NCBI GenBank assembly: GCA_021621525.1
Contig: JAJVUU010000002.1
Span: 1 to 55,090, forward strand
DNA length: 55,090 nt
Source: Bacillales bacterium
Lineage (GTDB): Bacteria > Bacillota_I > Bacilli_A > RFN20 > CAG-288
Direction of reading: 5' to 3'
A model generated the notes under the pieces. The model was not told the origin of the DNA and did no database searches. It saw only the letters and a program-made list of their open reading frames with translations. Made by a program: the position numbers and the translations under genes. Position 1 is the first letter of the stretch; every line of letters begins with the position of its first letter. Positions 33,574 to 42,737 of this stretch are shown here, in pieces.

Positions 33574-35070
33574 ATGTCAGAGAGAAAAGCAATCAAGGCT
33601 TCTGCCAAGAAGAACCTGACCCATCCTTATTGGAGGGGCGTCTTCATCGCCATTCTGGTCCTTGTCACCACGACTGGTGTGCTCAACTCTCTTTTGTTTT
33701 CCCTCAGCAACCATGTCAATGGTCAGACGGGCGACTATGGATGGCTTTTTGTCAAATATGTCATCCGTTTCTATAGGCCTGATTTCTTGATTCCGAATCC
33801 CGAGGATATGGCCGATGTTGCCTTGTGCACGCTTTATGATTTCCTAGGCAACGGAGCTGTCTCAAGGCTTACCCAGGATGTCTCCTATCCCTTCTATATT
33901 GCCTATTCCACCCTCTCAGCGACAAAAGACCCGAGCCTCAACAGGATATGGATGGCCATCTTCGGTTGTCTTCTTTTCTATGTCTTCATCGCCTTTATCC
34001 TCCATCCCCTCAACATCGGCTCCAAAGCCTATTTCTATAAGCGGATGAAAGGGGAGAATGACAACCATAACATCATCATCCAGGCCGGTTTCAACCGTTT
34101 CTACATCAATATCGTCCTGACCAGGATGCTGAAATCCATCTTTACATTCCTATGGTCCCTTACCATCATCGGAGGAGTCGTGAAGCATTATTCCTACTTC
34201 CTTGTAGACTATATCATCATGGACAACCCAAGCCTGGGACCCATCAAATCCCTACAGCTATCCAAGAAGATGATGTATGGTCACAAATGGGAGTTCTTCA
34301 AACTTGAATTTTCCTTTATCCTATGGAGGTTGCTTTCTTATCTAACGGCTGATCTTCTATTGATATTCTATCTGGAACCCTATGAGCAGCTCTCCTATGC
34401 CCAAGCGTATATCCAAGTCAAGGATGAATTTGCTCTTGACGACCTTGCCCTCTTCAAGGAATCCTTCATGGATATCTATGAAAACAACAGCAAGTCTCTG
34501 ATCATGAGAAGGAACGTCGAATATGATGTTCCTTATGAGTTGGTCGACTATGTCTTAATCTTCTTCATCGTCTCTTTTGTCGGATGGCTCTGGGAAGTGT
34601 TCTATAATTTCATCAATACCTTCCAATTTGCCAACAGAGGCACCCTTTGGGGACCAGTTCTTCCCATCTATGGAACGGGAGCTGTCGTCGCCCTCTTCCT
34701 TCTGAAGAAGTTTCGAAAGACCCCATGGCTTTCCTTCCTTCTTTCCGTCATCGTCTGCCTGGCCATCGAATATTGCACAGGATTGATTCTGGAGAAGATG
34801 ACAGGCATGCGTTATTGGAACTATGACGACATGCCCTTCAACATCCAGGGAAGAATCTGTCTTTTCGGAGGTGTCTTCTTTGGCTTGGGATGCCTTGTTG
34901 CCATCTACTTTGTCGGTCCGTTCTTATATCCTCTGCTTCATCGGATGTCAAAGAAGACGAGGTGGATCCTATCTGGTATCTTCATCTGCCTCATCCTTAC
35001 TGATTTCATCGTTTCGAAGTTCTATCCGAACCCTGACGGGATGGAACCGATAAGTCTTCTCTTCCTATAA
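33574..35070 (+). CDS. polytopic membrane protein, a DUF975-like N-terminal half fused to a putative ABC-transporter type IV (PF06541-like) C-terminal half
   Basis: The N-terminus MSERKAIKASAKKNL..YWRG resembles DUF975. The C-terminal FFIVSFVGWLWEVFY..RGTLWGPVLPIYGTGAV resembles PF06541. Confidence 0.6.
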   Translation: MSERKAIKASAKKNLTHPYWRGVFIAILVLVTTTGVLNSLLFSLSNHVNGQTGDYGWLFVKYVIRFYRPDFLIPNPEDMADVALCTLYDFLGNGAVSRLTQDVSYPFYIAYSTLSATKDPSLNRIWMAIFGCLLFYVFIAFILHPLNIGSKAYFYKRMKGENDNHNIIIQAGFNRFYINIVLTRMLKSIFTFLWSLTIIGGVVKHYSYFLVDYIIMDNPSLGPIKSLQLSKKMMYGHKWEFFKLEFSFILWRLLSYLTADLLLIFYLEPYEQLSYAQAYIQVKDEFALDDLALFKESFMDIYENNSKSLIMRRNVEYDVPYELVDYVLIFFIVSFVGWLWEVFYNFINTFQFANRGTLWGPVLPIYGTGAVVALFLLKKFRKTPWLSFLLSVIVCLAIEYCTGLILEKMTGMRYWNYDDMPFNIQGRICLFGGVFFGLGCLVAIYFVGPFLYPLLHRMSKKTRWILSGIFICLILTDFIVSKFYPNPDGMEPISLLFL

Positions 35071-35129
35071 GAAAGGTGGCGTTAGACTAGTCCGGTTTTA
35101 ACCTGACTTTTCTAACAACCCCTCATTTT

Positions 35130-36542
35130 TCAGTCCTGGTTTTCCTTTTGGACCTGTCTCTTTTTCAGTGTCTTGACTTTCCAAAGGAGGAAGAAGAGTG
35201 AACATATCGCCGTGAGGAACTCACTGATGGGGAAGGTCCACCAGAAGGCTGAAAGCGGATCGCCGATGTTGAGGAAAAGGAAACCGAAGGGGACGACGAA
35301 GACGATGAGCCTCAATAGGGAGATGATGAGGGGAAGGAAGACGCTCCGGAATCCCTGAAGGATACCTTGTATGGCAACGCTGACGCCCATGAAGACATAT
35401 CCGATGGTAGCAATATGCATGGCACTTACACAGATCTGGATGACCTCTTTTCCACCATCGGAGATGGTCATTCCGAATAGACGGCTGATCGGTGTGGCAA
35501 GAAGCTGAAAGAGGAGTGTCAGGACGGCTGCGACGATGACGGAATCCAGGATGCCAAAGAGGATGGCTTTCCTGACTCTCTTTTCATCGCCCATGCCATG
35601 GTTGTAGGAAACGATGCTGATGAGGGTGTTGCTGAGTCCGAAGCAGGCAAACAAGGCAATCTGCATGATCTTGTAGTAGATGCCGAAGGCTCCCTGGAGC
35701 AAGGTTCCGACCTCTTTCTGGGTTCCGATGATCTCGATGCAGAGGAACATCATCACAGCAAGCATGATCTGCATCAGCATGGCCGGAAGGCCGATGGTAT
35801 AGATCTGCCTGATGATTCTGAAGTCAGGCTTGATGTATTTCGGATGACCGTCGATCTCCTTGTTGAAGAAATAGTGGAAGAACATGGCAACTGACAGGGA
35901 CAGAATCTGACCTAGGATGGTCGCCAAGGCTGCACCGAAGGTTCCCATGTTGCAAGGATAGATGAAGACATAGTCAAGAAGGATGTTGAGCAGGGCGCCG
36001 CTGATTTGACCGATGGTCGAATACATGGTCTTTCCTGTCGCCTGAAGGAATCTCTCGAAGATGGCAAAGCCTACGCTTCCGATGGAGTAGACGCAGCATA
36101 CGCTAAGATACTCGCTCCCCAGGGAAACGATGGTGCTTTTGTCGTAGAGGCTCTCATCGACGTTCCTTGCCATGAACTGCATATACGGGTTGGCCCCGAA
36201 GAGGCCGAAGAGGACAAAGACGAGGGTGATGATGATTCCCAGTGCGATGCCACTTCCGCATACCTTGTTGGCCACTTCCTTGTTTCCCTCTCCAAGGCTC
36301 TTGGAGAGCATCGCGTTGATGCCGACACCCGTTCCTACTCCTATGGCGATTCTGAAGAACTGTACGGGGAAGGCAAACGTCAGGGCCTGGTTGGCAATCT
36401 GGCCGAGTCCTTCCCTGTTGACGACGAAGACCGTGTCGACGACATTGTAGATGGCCTGTAAGATCATGGAGAGGATCATCGGAAGTCCCATGACCCATAA
36501 TAGCTTGGACATCTTCATGATGCCCATCTTGTTTTCATGCAT
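35130..36542 (-). CDS. MATE-family efflux transporter
   Basis: 470 aa with 12 predicted TM segments and the MATE N-terminus LLWVMGLPMILSMILQAIYNVVDTVFV. A perfect AGGAGG SD lies 7 nt before the ATG. Confidence 0.85.
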   Translation of the reverse strand: MHENKMGIMKMSKLLWVMGLPMILSMILQAIYNVVDTVFVVNREGLGQIANQALTFAFPVQFFRIAIGVGTGVGINAMLSKSLGEGNKEVANKVCGSGIALGIIITLVFVLFGLFGANPYMQFMARNVDESLYDKSTIVSLGSEYLSVCCVYSIGSVGFAIFERFLQATGKTMYSTIGQISGALLNILLDYVFIYPCNMGTFGAALATILGQILSLSVAMFFHYFFNKEIDGHPKYIKPDFRIIRQIYTIGLPAMLMQIMLAVMMFLCIEIIGTQKEVGTLLQGAFGIYYKIMQIALFACFGLSNTLISIVSYNHGMGDEKRVRKAILFGILDSVIVAAVLTLLFQLLATPISRLFGMTISDGGKEVIQICVSAMHIATIGYVFMGVSVAIQGILQGFRSVFLPLIISLLRLIVFVVPFGFLFLNIGDPLSAFWWTFPISEFLTAICSLFFLLWKVKTLKKRQVQKENQD

Positions 36543-36557
36543 GTTGTTTCCTCCTAT

Positions 36558-36598
36558 GAAAAAAAGCGTAAATCCGGTCTTGTAACCGGACTTACGCT
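36558..36598 (-). terminator. strong intrinsic terminator located inside the MATE 5' leader
   Basis: Minus strand AAAGCGTAAGTCCGGT-TACAAG-ACCGGATTTACGC, a 13-bp stem followed by TTTTTTT. It ends 9 nt upstream of the MATE SD and 15 nt upstream of the ATG. Confidence 0.75.
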
Positions 36599-36619
36599 TT
36601 GCTGCACGTTACTTTGGAT

Positions 36620-36648
36620 ATTTTAAAGAAACGGAAGTTGGAATGTAA
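36620..36648 (-). promoter_or_regulatory. predicted promoter of the MATE leader
   Basis: TTACAT-N17-TAAAAT on the minus strand, upstream of the leader terminator. Confidence 0.45.
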
Positions 36649-36675
36649 GAAGAAAATGCAAATGAAAAGGCTTTT

Positions 36676-37421
36676 TCAGTCTTTCTTGCAGTCTTCGAGG
36701 TACTCCTCTTCTTTGACTCCCTCAAGCCATTGGTTGGACGTTTCCTCTCCTTTGACCTCGATGGCGAGATGGGAAAACCAGCAGTTCGGGAAGGCACCAT
36801 GGCAATGCTTGATGTTGGCGGGGATGTAGACGACGCTTCCTGGAGTCATGATGACCTTTCTTCCGCCTTCTTCCTTGTAGATTCTCTTTCCTTCGACACA
36901 AAGAAGAATCTGGCCTCCGCCTTCCTTGGCCTTATGTATGTGATGGAAGTTCCTGCATCCTGGTTCGAAGGTGACGTTGTAATAGCCTGAGGGGCATCCT
37001 TTGGGGTCAGTGTCTTCAGATAGGATGTTCCGGTGAAGTATTTTGCATAGGCCTTGTTTTCCTCTCCCGTGCCGAAGTATCCGCCATGGTTGATGGTGTC
37101 GTCAATGAAGACTTCCTTGGCCATGTGGAAGGCTGCCCAGGCGTTTGGCCATCCTGCATAGAAGCCGGCGTGGGTGATGATCCTTCTGATTTCCTCCCTG
37201 GTGACGCCGTTGGCCTTGGCAAAGGCAAGGTGATGGGTGAATGAAGAGTCCAAAAGACCTTTTCCGATCATGACGCTGATGGTGATGATGGATCTGGTCT
37301 TTGGGCTGATGACAGCATCATCGCTCCATACTTCGCCAAAAAGGATGTCATCGTTGACCTTGGCAAATTCATCGGCCAGTCCGCTGAGCTGGTCTCTTCC
37401 GGCCGTCTGCTTGATTTTCAT
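36676..37421 (-). pseudogene. carboxymuconolactone decarboxylase (CMD)-cupin fusion gene interrupted by one frameshift
   Basis: The N-terminal frame gives MKIKQTAGRDQL..NDDILFGEVW..ITHAGFYAGWPNAW (CMD). After the run GATGCCCCTCAGG (~36985-36995) a different frame continues CPSGYYNVTFEPGCRNFHHIH..GGGQILLCVEG..IPANIKHCHGA.. (cupin) to a TGA at 36676. Confidence 0.65.
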
Positions 37422-37480
37422 GTTGTAGTTTCCTCCGTCTTGATCATTCAATCACCTGAAGTCAGGTATAGGTCAAGAAA

Positions 37481-37508
37481 AAGATTTAAAAAGGCGCCTT
37501 TCAGCGCC
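37481..37508 (-). terminator. short GC hairpin plus U-tract overlapping the stop codon
   Basis: Minus strand GGCGC-TGAAAG-GCGCC followed by TTTTTAAATCTTTTT. Confidence 0.5.
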
Positions 37509-38688
37509 TCGAGGGTTTGGTTTCCTTTGCCAAGGATTTCAGGCCTTGGTTGGAAAGAAGGGATTTGACTTCATCGATGGAATGGAATTCCTTGTCTTCC
37601 AATGCATGGTAGAGACAAGAGAGGATGTCCGTCTCTTCGTCTATGATGTTGTCGTATTCCTTCGGGTCGACGGAAAGGAAATATTCTTCTATCAGAGTCA
37701 GTACATATCTTCTCATCAGGCAGAGGATGGAGTCTTCAATCCAGTAATGGATGTTTTCGTATCTGTTTTTCTTTTCAAGCCTAAGGAATCTCAGATAAAG
37801 GGGAAGGGCGTCCTGGCTTGTGTGGTAGATATCGACGAAGACATAGTCATAATGAGTGTCTTTCATCTCCCTGTCAAAATAAAGGAAGGCATCGATTTTG
37901 ATGATGCGGATCTTTTCCTTATGTGGGAAGAGCGGCAGGATGTTCTTCTTGAAAAGTTCGATGACCTTGGCATCCTTCTCGATGATGGTGACGGAGTTGA
38001 CGTCATCCTTGTTGGATATCTCATAGGCAAAGTAGCCTAAGCCGAGTCCAAATGTCAGCACGTCCCCAAAGGCCTGTGCAATCGGCTTTTTCATGGTGTT
38101 GATCTCATGAGGCGTGATGCTCATCCAGATTTCTTCGCCCTGGGTGAGCATGAGGTAGGGGACTTTCTTATCGAAATAGCCTACGGATGTCATTTCGGCA
38201 AAATTGTTTTTCTCATCGGCGGTGGTGTCTTCTCTGGTGAAAAGCTCAAAGGGTGAGAAATAATTGTACCTCAGCTGATAAGGGCCTAGGACAGCCTTTG
38301 GAATCTTCAAGCTCTGGAAAGGCTCTCTGAGAAAGGTTTCCTCATCCAATCTGGTGAGTGAGCCAAAGCCGGTGTGCTCCTTCATCTCTTCGACCACGGG
38401 GTCGCTTGAATCTAGATTGAGATAGTCAAGGAAAGCTTCCTCCATGGCAATCTTCTCGTCGAGCCCTTCCTTGTCCATGAGGAAATGCACATCTTTCTCA
38501 CCAATGGCATCGAAGTGATCGTCAAGATAGGAGTTATAAAGTTCGCTGACGGCACAGTTTTCGTCTTTCTGGGTCAGGATGTCGTCCAGTGCCTGACGCT
38601 CCTGTTCGTTCAATTCTATTTTCATATGGATATATTCTACAGGAAGGTGGTTCCTGATGGAAGAAAAACATAAGTCAGGATACGCCAT
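37501..38688 (-). CDS. hypothetical protein with a spermidine-synthase-like / class I SAM-MTase-fold C-terminal half
   Basis: VLTFGLGLGYFAYEI (motif I-like), TIIEKD, IIKIDAF and YVFVDIY. The N-terminal ~170 aa are unassigned. An alternative start MKIELNE exists at 38625, and neither start has a strong SD. Confidence 0.55.
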   Translation of the reverse strand: MAYPDLCFSSIRNHLPVEYIHMKIELNEQERQALDDILTQKDENCAVSELYNSYLDDHFDAIGEKDVHFLMDKEGLDEKIAMEEAFLDYLNLDSSDPVVEEMKEHTGFGSLTRLDEETFLREPFQSLKIPKAVLGPYQLRYNYFSPFELFTREDTTADEKNNFAEMTSVGYFDKKVPYLMLTQGEEIWMSITPHEINTMKKPIAQAFGDVLTFGLGLGYFAYEISNKDDVNSVTIIEKDAKVIELFKKNILPLFPHKEKIRIIKIDAFLYFDREMKDTHYDYVFVDIYHTSQDALPLYLRFLRLEKKNRYENIHYWIEDSILCLMRRYVLTLIEEYFLSVDPKEYDNIIDEETDILSCLYHALEDKEFHSIDEVKSLLSNQGLKSLAKETKPSRR

Positions 38689-38770
38689 CGGGGGTTGTAA
38701 TGAAAATCAACCCTATAATACCTTATATATATGTGTTTTCATGAAAAGGCAAAAAAACTTCACTTTTTTG

Positions 38771-38799
38771 TTGACATGACTTGTATATAAGAGTAGACT
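38771..38799 (+). promoter_or_regulatory. candidate promoter of the ribosomal-protein super-operon
   Basis: TTGACA-N17-TAGACT preceded by a T-run (UP-like). Confidence 0.5.
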
Positions 38800-38934
38800 A
38801 GTACACGCTGAATGCCATTTCAGCCCGTATTGACGTGTGAAGTTGCGGAAACGCCATCAAAGGTTGTCAACGTTTCCGGTAATTCATACTGAACGGATGC
38901 CCGAACATAGATCTCGGGTAAAGGAGGAAACACA
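38800..38934 (+). promoter_or_regulatory. structured 5' leader of the S10 operon (three hairpins)
   Basis: GCTGAA-N6-TTCAGC (38807-38824), CGGAAACG-N17-CGTTTCCG (38846-38878) and CCCGA-N9-TCGGG (38900-38918), which abuts the AAGGAGG SD. Confidence 0.4.
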
Positions 38935-39246
38935 ATGGCAGAAAACAAATCAATCCGTGTTCGTCTCAAGGGCTATGATCACAAAGTCCTTGACCAGGCG
39001 GTCGCAAAGATCGTCGAAGCCGCCAAGAAGACCGGCGCTCAGGTAGTTGGCCCAATCCCGCTTCCTACCGAAAAACAGATCTTCACCATCTTACGTTCTC
39101 CGTTCGTCGACAAGGATTCCCGCGAACAATTCGAAATCAGAACGCATAAGAGACTGATCGACATCAACCGCCCGACCAAGCAGACCATCGACATTCTCAA
39201 GAATCTCGACTTACCTGCCGGTGTCGATGTTGAAATCAAGCTGTAA
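38935..39246 (+). CDS. rpsJ: 30S ribosomal protein S10
   Basis: Translation [29 protein letters not shown] is canonical S10. It is the first gene of the operon. Confidence 0.97.
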   Translation: MAENKSIRVRLKGYDHKVLDQAVAKIVEAAKKTGAQVVGPIPLPTEKQIFTILRSPFVDKDSREQFEIRTHKRLIDINRPTKQTIDILKNLDLPAGVDVEIKL

Positions 39247-39263
39247 GGAGGATAGACAAGTTT

Positions 39264-40040
39264 ATGAAATCTATCATCGGAAGAAAGATCGGAATGACTT
39301 CCGTCTTCGCTGAAGACGGTTCCACTTACCCGGTCACTGTCGTCGAAGTCCTTCCAAACGTTGTTCTCCAGGTCAAGACCAAGGAGAAGGACGGATATGA
39401 GGCTCTTCAGGTCGGCTATGAAGACAAGAAGGAAAAACGTGCCAACAAGCCGCTCCTCGGTGTCTGCAAGAAGGCCAACACTGCTCCAAAGTATTTCATC
39501 CGTGAGCTGGAAGGCGATGAAATTTATGGAAAATTCGAAGTAGGCTCCAGCATTGACGCTTCCATCTTCGCCACCGGCGATATGGTCGATGTCACTGCCA
39601 AGAGCAAGGGCCATGGTTACACTGGCACCATCAAGAGATATCACGGCATCATCGGTCCGAAGGGCCATGGTTCCGGCTATCACAGACAGATCGGTTCCCT
39701 TGCCACCAACGGACGCTGCAACAACCGTGTCCATGCCGGCAAGAAGATGTCTGGTCAGTGGAGACCGCAGACGAGAACCGTCCTCAATCTCCCCATCGTC
39801 TCCGTCGATGCCGAAAAGAACTGCATCCTCATCCGTGGTTCCGTCGCTGGTCCGAAGTATTCCATCATGAAGATCCGTTCCACCGTCGAACACAAGAAGC
39901 CGTTCGCTGTCAGCGCAATCGTCGACTACACCAAGGAGACCATCGCTGATATCGAAAAGAAGCAGCAGGAAGCTTTGGCCAAGGCCGCAGCTGTCCCGGG
40001 CAAGAAGGTCAACCCGATGAAGACCTCCAAGAGATCCTAA
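39264..40040 (+). CDS. rplC: 50S ribosomal protein L3 (with a ~45-aa C-terminal extension)
   Basis: [12 protein letters not shown]...PVTVVE and KGHGY.G.IKR motifs, plus operon position. Confidence 0.95.
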   Translation: MKSIIGRKIGMTSVFAEDGSTYPVTVVEVLPNVVLQVKTKEKDGYEALQVGYEDKKEKRANKPLLGVCKKANTAPKYFIRELEGDEIYGKFEVGSSIDASIFATGDMVDVTAKSKGHGYTGTIKRYHGIIGPKGHGSGYHRQIGSLATNGRCNNRVHAGKKMSGQWRPQTRTVLNLPIVSVDAEKNCILIRGSVAGPKYSIMKIRSTVEHKKPFAVSAIVDYTKETIADIEKKQQEALAKAAAVPGKKVNPMKTSKRS

Positions 40041-40059
40041 TCGAGAAGGAGAATAGAAA

Positions 40060-40731
40060 ATGGCTAACGAAAATCTTAACTGGCCGGTCGTCGATTATAC
40101 CGGTGCCAAGGTCGGAGAAGTCAACCTTCCGTGCGATCTCTTCTCTGCCGAAATCAATGAAGTCGTCGTCCAGAGAGCTGTCAGAGTCGACCTTTCCAAC
40201 AGAAGAGTCGACACTGCCCACACTCTTACCCGTGACATTGTCCATGGTTCCAACCGCAAGCCTTTCCGTCAGAAGGGCACTGGCCGCGCCAGAGCCGGTA
40301 CCACCAACTCTCCTGTCTGGAGACACGGCGGTGTCGTCTTTGCTCCGAATGGTCAGCAGAACCACACCCTGAAGATGAACAAGAAGGAGCATTACATCGC
40401 TTTCACTTCTGCTCTCTCCGACAAGGTCAACAACAATAATCTCATCGTCCTTACCGATGAAGCCTTCTCTTCTTCCAAGACCAAGGACTTCGTCAAGGCC
40501 CTCAGCGCCATCGGCGCCGATGAGAAGAAGAATCTGTTGGTTGTCGCTGCCTATGATGAGAACCTCATCAGAGCCGCTGCCAACATTCCGTCCGTTACTG
40601 TCGTCTCTGCCGATAACCTTTCTGTCTATGACATCCTCAATTCCAAGAAGCTGATCATGGTCAAGGGCGTTATCCCGGCACCGCTCGATGAATGCCACTG
40701 CGATGAATGCTGCAAGGAGGATGCTGAATAA
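40060..40731 (+). CDS. rplD: 50S ribosomal protein L4 (with a Cys-rich C-terminal tail)
   Basis: [26 protein letters not shown] motif. The stop overlaps the rplW start (TAATG). Confidence 0.95.
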   Translation: MANENLNWPVVDYTGAKVGEVNLPCDLFSAEINEVVVQRAVRVDLSNRRVDTAHTLTRDIVHGSNRKPFRQKGTGRARAGTTNSPVWRHGGVVFAPNGQQNHTLKMNKKEHYIAFTSALSDKVNNNNLIVLTDEAFSSSKTKDFVKALSAIGADEKKNLLVVAAYDENLIRAAANIPSVTVVSADNLSVYDILNSKKLIMVKGVIPAPLDECHCDECCKEDAE

Positions 40732-41159
40732 TGGCTGAAGAAAAGAAGATTGAAGAAGCTGTCGAAGCTTCCGCTGCCAAGGCTGAAGACAAGGCCGAGG
40801 AAACTGTTGAATTCGTCACCCGTCCTGCTATCATCAAGGACTTTTCCATCATCAAGCACATCATCGTCACCGAAGAGACCCAGAAGCTCCAGTCTACGGA
40901 GAATGCCATGGTCTTCGCCGTTGACAAGAAGGCTACCAAGCTTGAAATCAAGGCTGCCGTTCAGGCTATCTTCAGTGCCAAGGTCAAGAGCGTCAATACG
41001 ATGAACATCCCTAGCAAGACCAGAAGAGTCGGTCGCTACTCCGGCAAGCTGCCGCAGTACAAGAAAGCCATTGTCAGATTTGATTCTTCCTTCGACCTCG
41101 GCAAGATTGCTGCCCAGGTTGCCAACGAAGAAAGATCTGCCAATGAGGAAGCCAAGTAA
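40731..41159 (+). CDS. rplW: 50S ribosomal protein L23 (with N- and C-terminal extensions)
   Basis: Core IIKHIIVTEE...VFAVDKKATKLEIKAAV..IF..KV..VNT, plus operon position. Confidence 0.93.
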   Translation: MAEEKKIEEAVEASAAKAEDKAEETVEFVTRPAIIKDFSIIKHIIVTEETQKLQSTENAMVFAVDKKATKLEIKAAVQAIFSAKVKSVNTMNIPSKTRRVGRYSGKLPQYKKAIVRFDSSFDLGKIAAQVANEERSANEEAK

Positions 41160-41185
41160 GTAAAAGAAAATTATAGGAGAAAAAT

Positions 41186-42016
41186 ATGGCTATCAAAACT
41201 TATAACCCCTTGACCGGGGGTATGAGAAACCTCGCCACCTTATCGACGAGAGATCTCACGAAAAAAGCTCCTGAAAAATCTTTGATGAAGCCGCTCAAGA
41301 AGACTGGCGGCAGAAACAATCAGGGCTACATCACCTGCCGTCACATCGGTGGCGGCAACAAGAGAATGTACCGTATCATCGACTTCAAGAGAAACGGTGA
41401 ATCCACCTCTGTCGTCAAGGCCATCGAATATGACCCGAACAGAAACTGCCGTATCGCTTTGATCGTCGATACCCATGGCAAGAAGAGATACATCATCTGC
41501 CCGAAGGGCTTGACTGTCGGCATGACCGTCACTGACGGCAAGGCCGGTGAAATCGCCGTCGGCAACTGCATGCAACTTGCTAACATTCCTGAAGGTATCA
41601 CTGTCCACAATGTCGAACTTGAACCTGGCAAGGGTGGACAGGTCTGCCGTGCAGCTGGTACTTCTGCCCAGATTCTTGGTAAGGAAGACAAATACTGCAC
41701 CCTCAGACTCGCTTCCGGCGAAGTCAGAAAGTTCCTTCTCACCTGCAGAGCCACCGTCGGCGCTGTCGGCAATGAAGATTACAACCTTGTTTCCAAGGGC
41801 AAGGCCGGTAGAACCAGATGGCTCGGCGAACGTCCGACCGTCCGTGGTGCCGTCATGAACCCGAACGACCATCCACATGGTGGTGGTGAAGGTAAGAACC
41901 CTGTCGGTCACGATGCTCCGAGATCTCCTTGGGGCAGAAGACTCATGGGTGTCAAGACCCGTTCCAAGAAGAACAAGACGAACCGTCTCATCGTCAGAAG
42001 ACGCAACGGCAAGTAA
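41186..42016 (+). CDS. rplB: 50S ribosomal protein L2
   Basis: GRNN.G.IT.RH.GGG.KR.YR.IDF and [12 protein letters not shown] motifs. Confidence 0.97.
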   Translation: MAIKTYNPLTGGMRNLATLSTRDLTKKAPEKSLMKPLKKTGGRNNQGYITCRHIGGGNKRMYRIIDFKRNGESTSVVKAIEYDPNRNCRIALIVDTHGKKRYIICPKGLTVGMTVTDGKAGEIAVGNCMQLANIPEGITVHNVELEPGKGGQVCRAAGTSAQILGKEDKYCTLRLASGEVRKFLLTCRATVGAVGNEDYNLVSKGKAGRTRWLGERPTVRGAVMNPNDHPHGGGEGKNPVGHDAPRSPWGRRLMGVKTRSKKNKTNRLIVRRRNGK

Positions 42017-42034
42017 ACAGGAGGAGAATGACAA

Positions 42035-42316
42035 ATGTCCAGAAGTTTAAAAAAGGGTCCGTATTGCGATCCAAAGCTCCTCAAGAGAGTTCAGGAGCAG
42101 AATGCATCCGGAAAGAAGGAGGTCATCAAGACCTGGTCCAGACGTTCCACCATTTTCCCGGATTTCATCCAGCATACAATCTCTGTTCACAACGGCAGAG
42201 CTTTTGTCCCGGTCTATGTCACTGAAGATATGGTCGGCCACAAATTGGGTGAATTCGTTTTCACCCGTACCTTCACTGCACATCGTTCCGGTGCAGATGA
42301 TACCACCAAGAAGTAA
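42035..42316 (+). CDS. rpsS: 30S ribosomal protein S19
   Basis: [11 protein letters not shown] and TWSRRSTI.P...GHTI.VHNG motifs. Confidence 0.97.
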   Translation: MSRSLKKGPYCDPKLLKRVQEQNASGKKEVIKTWSRRSTIFPDFIQHTISVHNGRAFVPVYVTEDMVGHKLGEFVFTRTFTAHRSGADDTTKK

Positions 42317-42327
42317 GGAGAAGAAAA

Positions 42328-42735
42328 ATGGCTGAAAAAGAAAACAAACAGACTGAAGTCAAACCTTTAGCCGAAGAAAAGACCGTCACTGTCACCGAAG
42401 CCAAGGCTAAGCTCCTTAACTATGGTGTCACTCCGAGAAAGGTCAGACTTGTCATCGATCTGATTCGTGGCAAGGACCTCGATACTGCCTACGCCATCCT
42501 GGCCAACTGCCCTAAGATGTGCGCCAAGGATATCGCCGGCCTCATCAAGTCTGCTGAAGCAAACGCTGTCAACAACTTCCATATGGACCGCGATTCCCTC
42601 TACATCGCTGAAATCACTGCCAACGATGCCATGAGATTAAAGAGAATCTTACCAAGAGCCAAGGGCTCTGCCAGCGGTCTTGTCAAGCGCTGGTCTCACG
42701 TCTTCGTCACTCTCAAGACCAAGGAGGCTAAGTAA
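42328..42735 (+). CDS. rplV: 50S ribosomal protein L22 (with N-terminal extension)
   Basis: PRKVRLVIDLIRGK....A..IL and LKRI.PRAKG.A motifs. Confidence 0.95.
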   Translation: MAEKENKQTEVKPLAEEKTVTVTEAKAKLLNYGVTPRKVRLVIDLIRGKDLDTAYAILANCPKMCAKDIAGLIKSAEANAVNNFHMDRDSLYIAEITANDAMRLKRILPRAKGSASGLVKRWSHVFVTLKTKEAK

Positions 42736-42737
42736 TT

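Noticed and set aside
36579-36584. Similarity of the MATE-leader hairpin apex (UUACAAGACCGG) to the ACAAGAC segment of guanidine-III riboswitches.
   Set aside because: The match covers only a few nucleotides. The surrounding sequence forms a simple long hairpin, not the H-type pseudoknot of that class.
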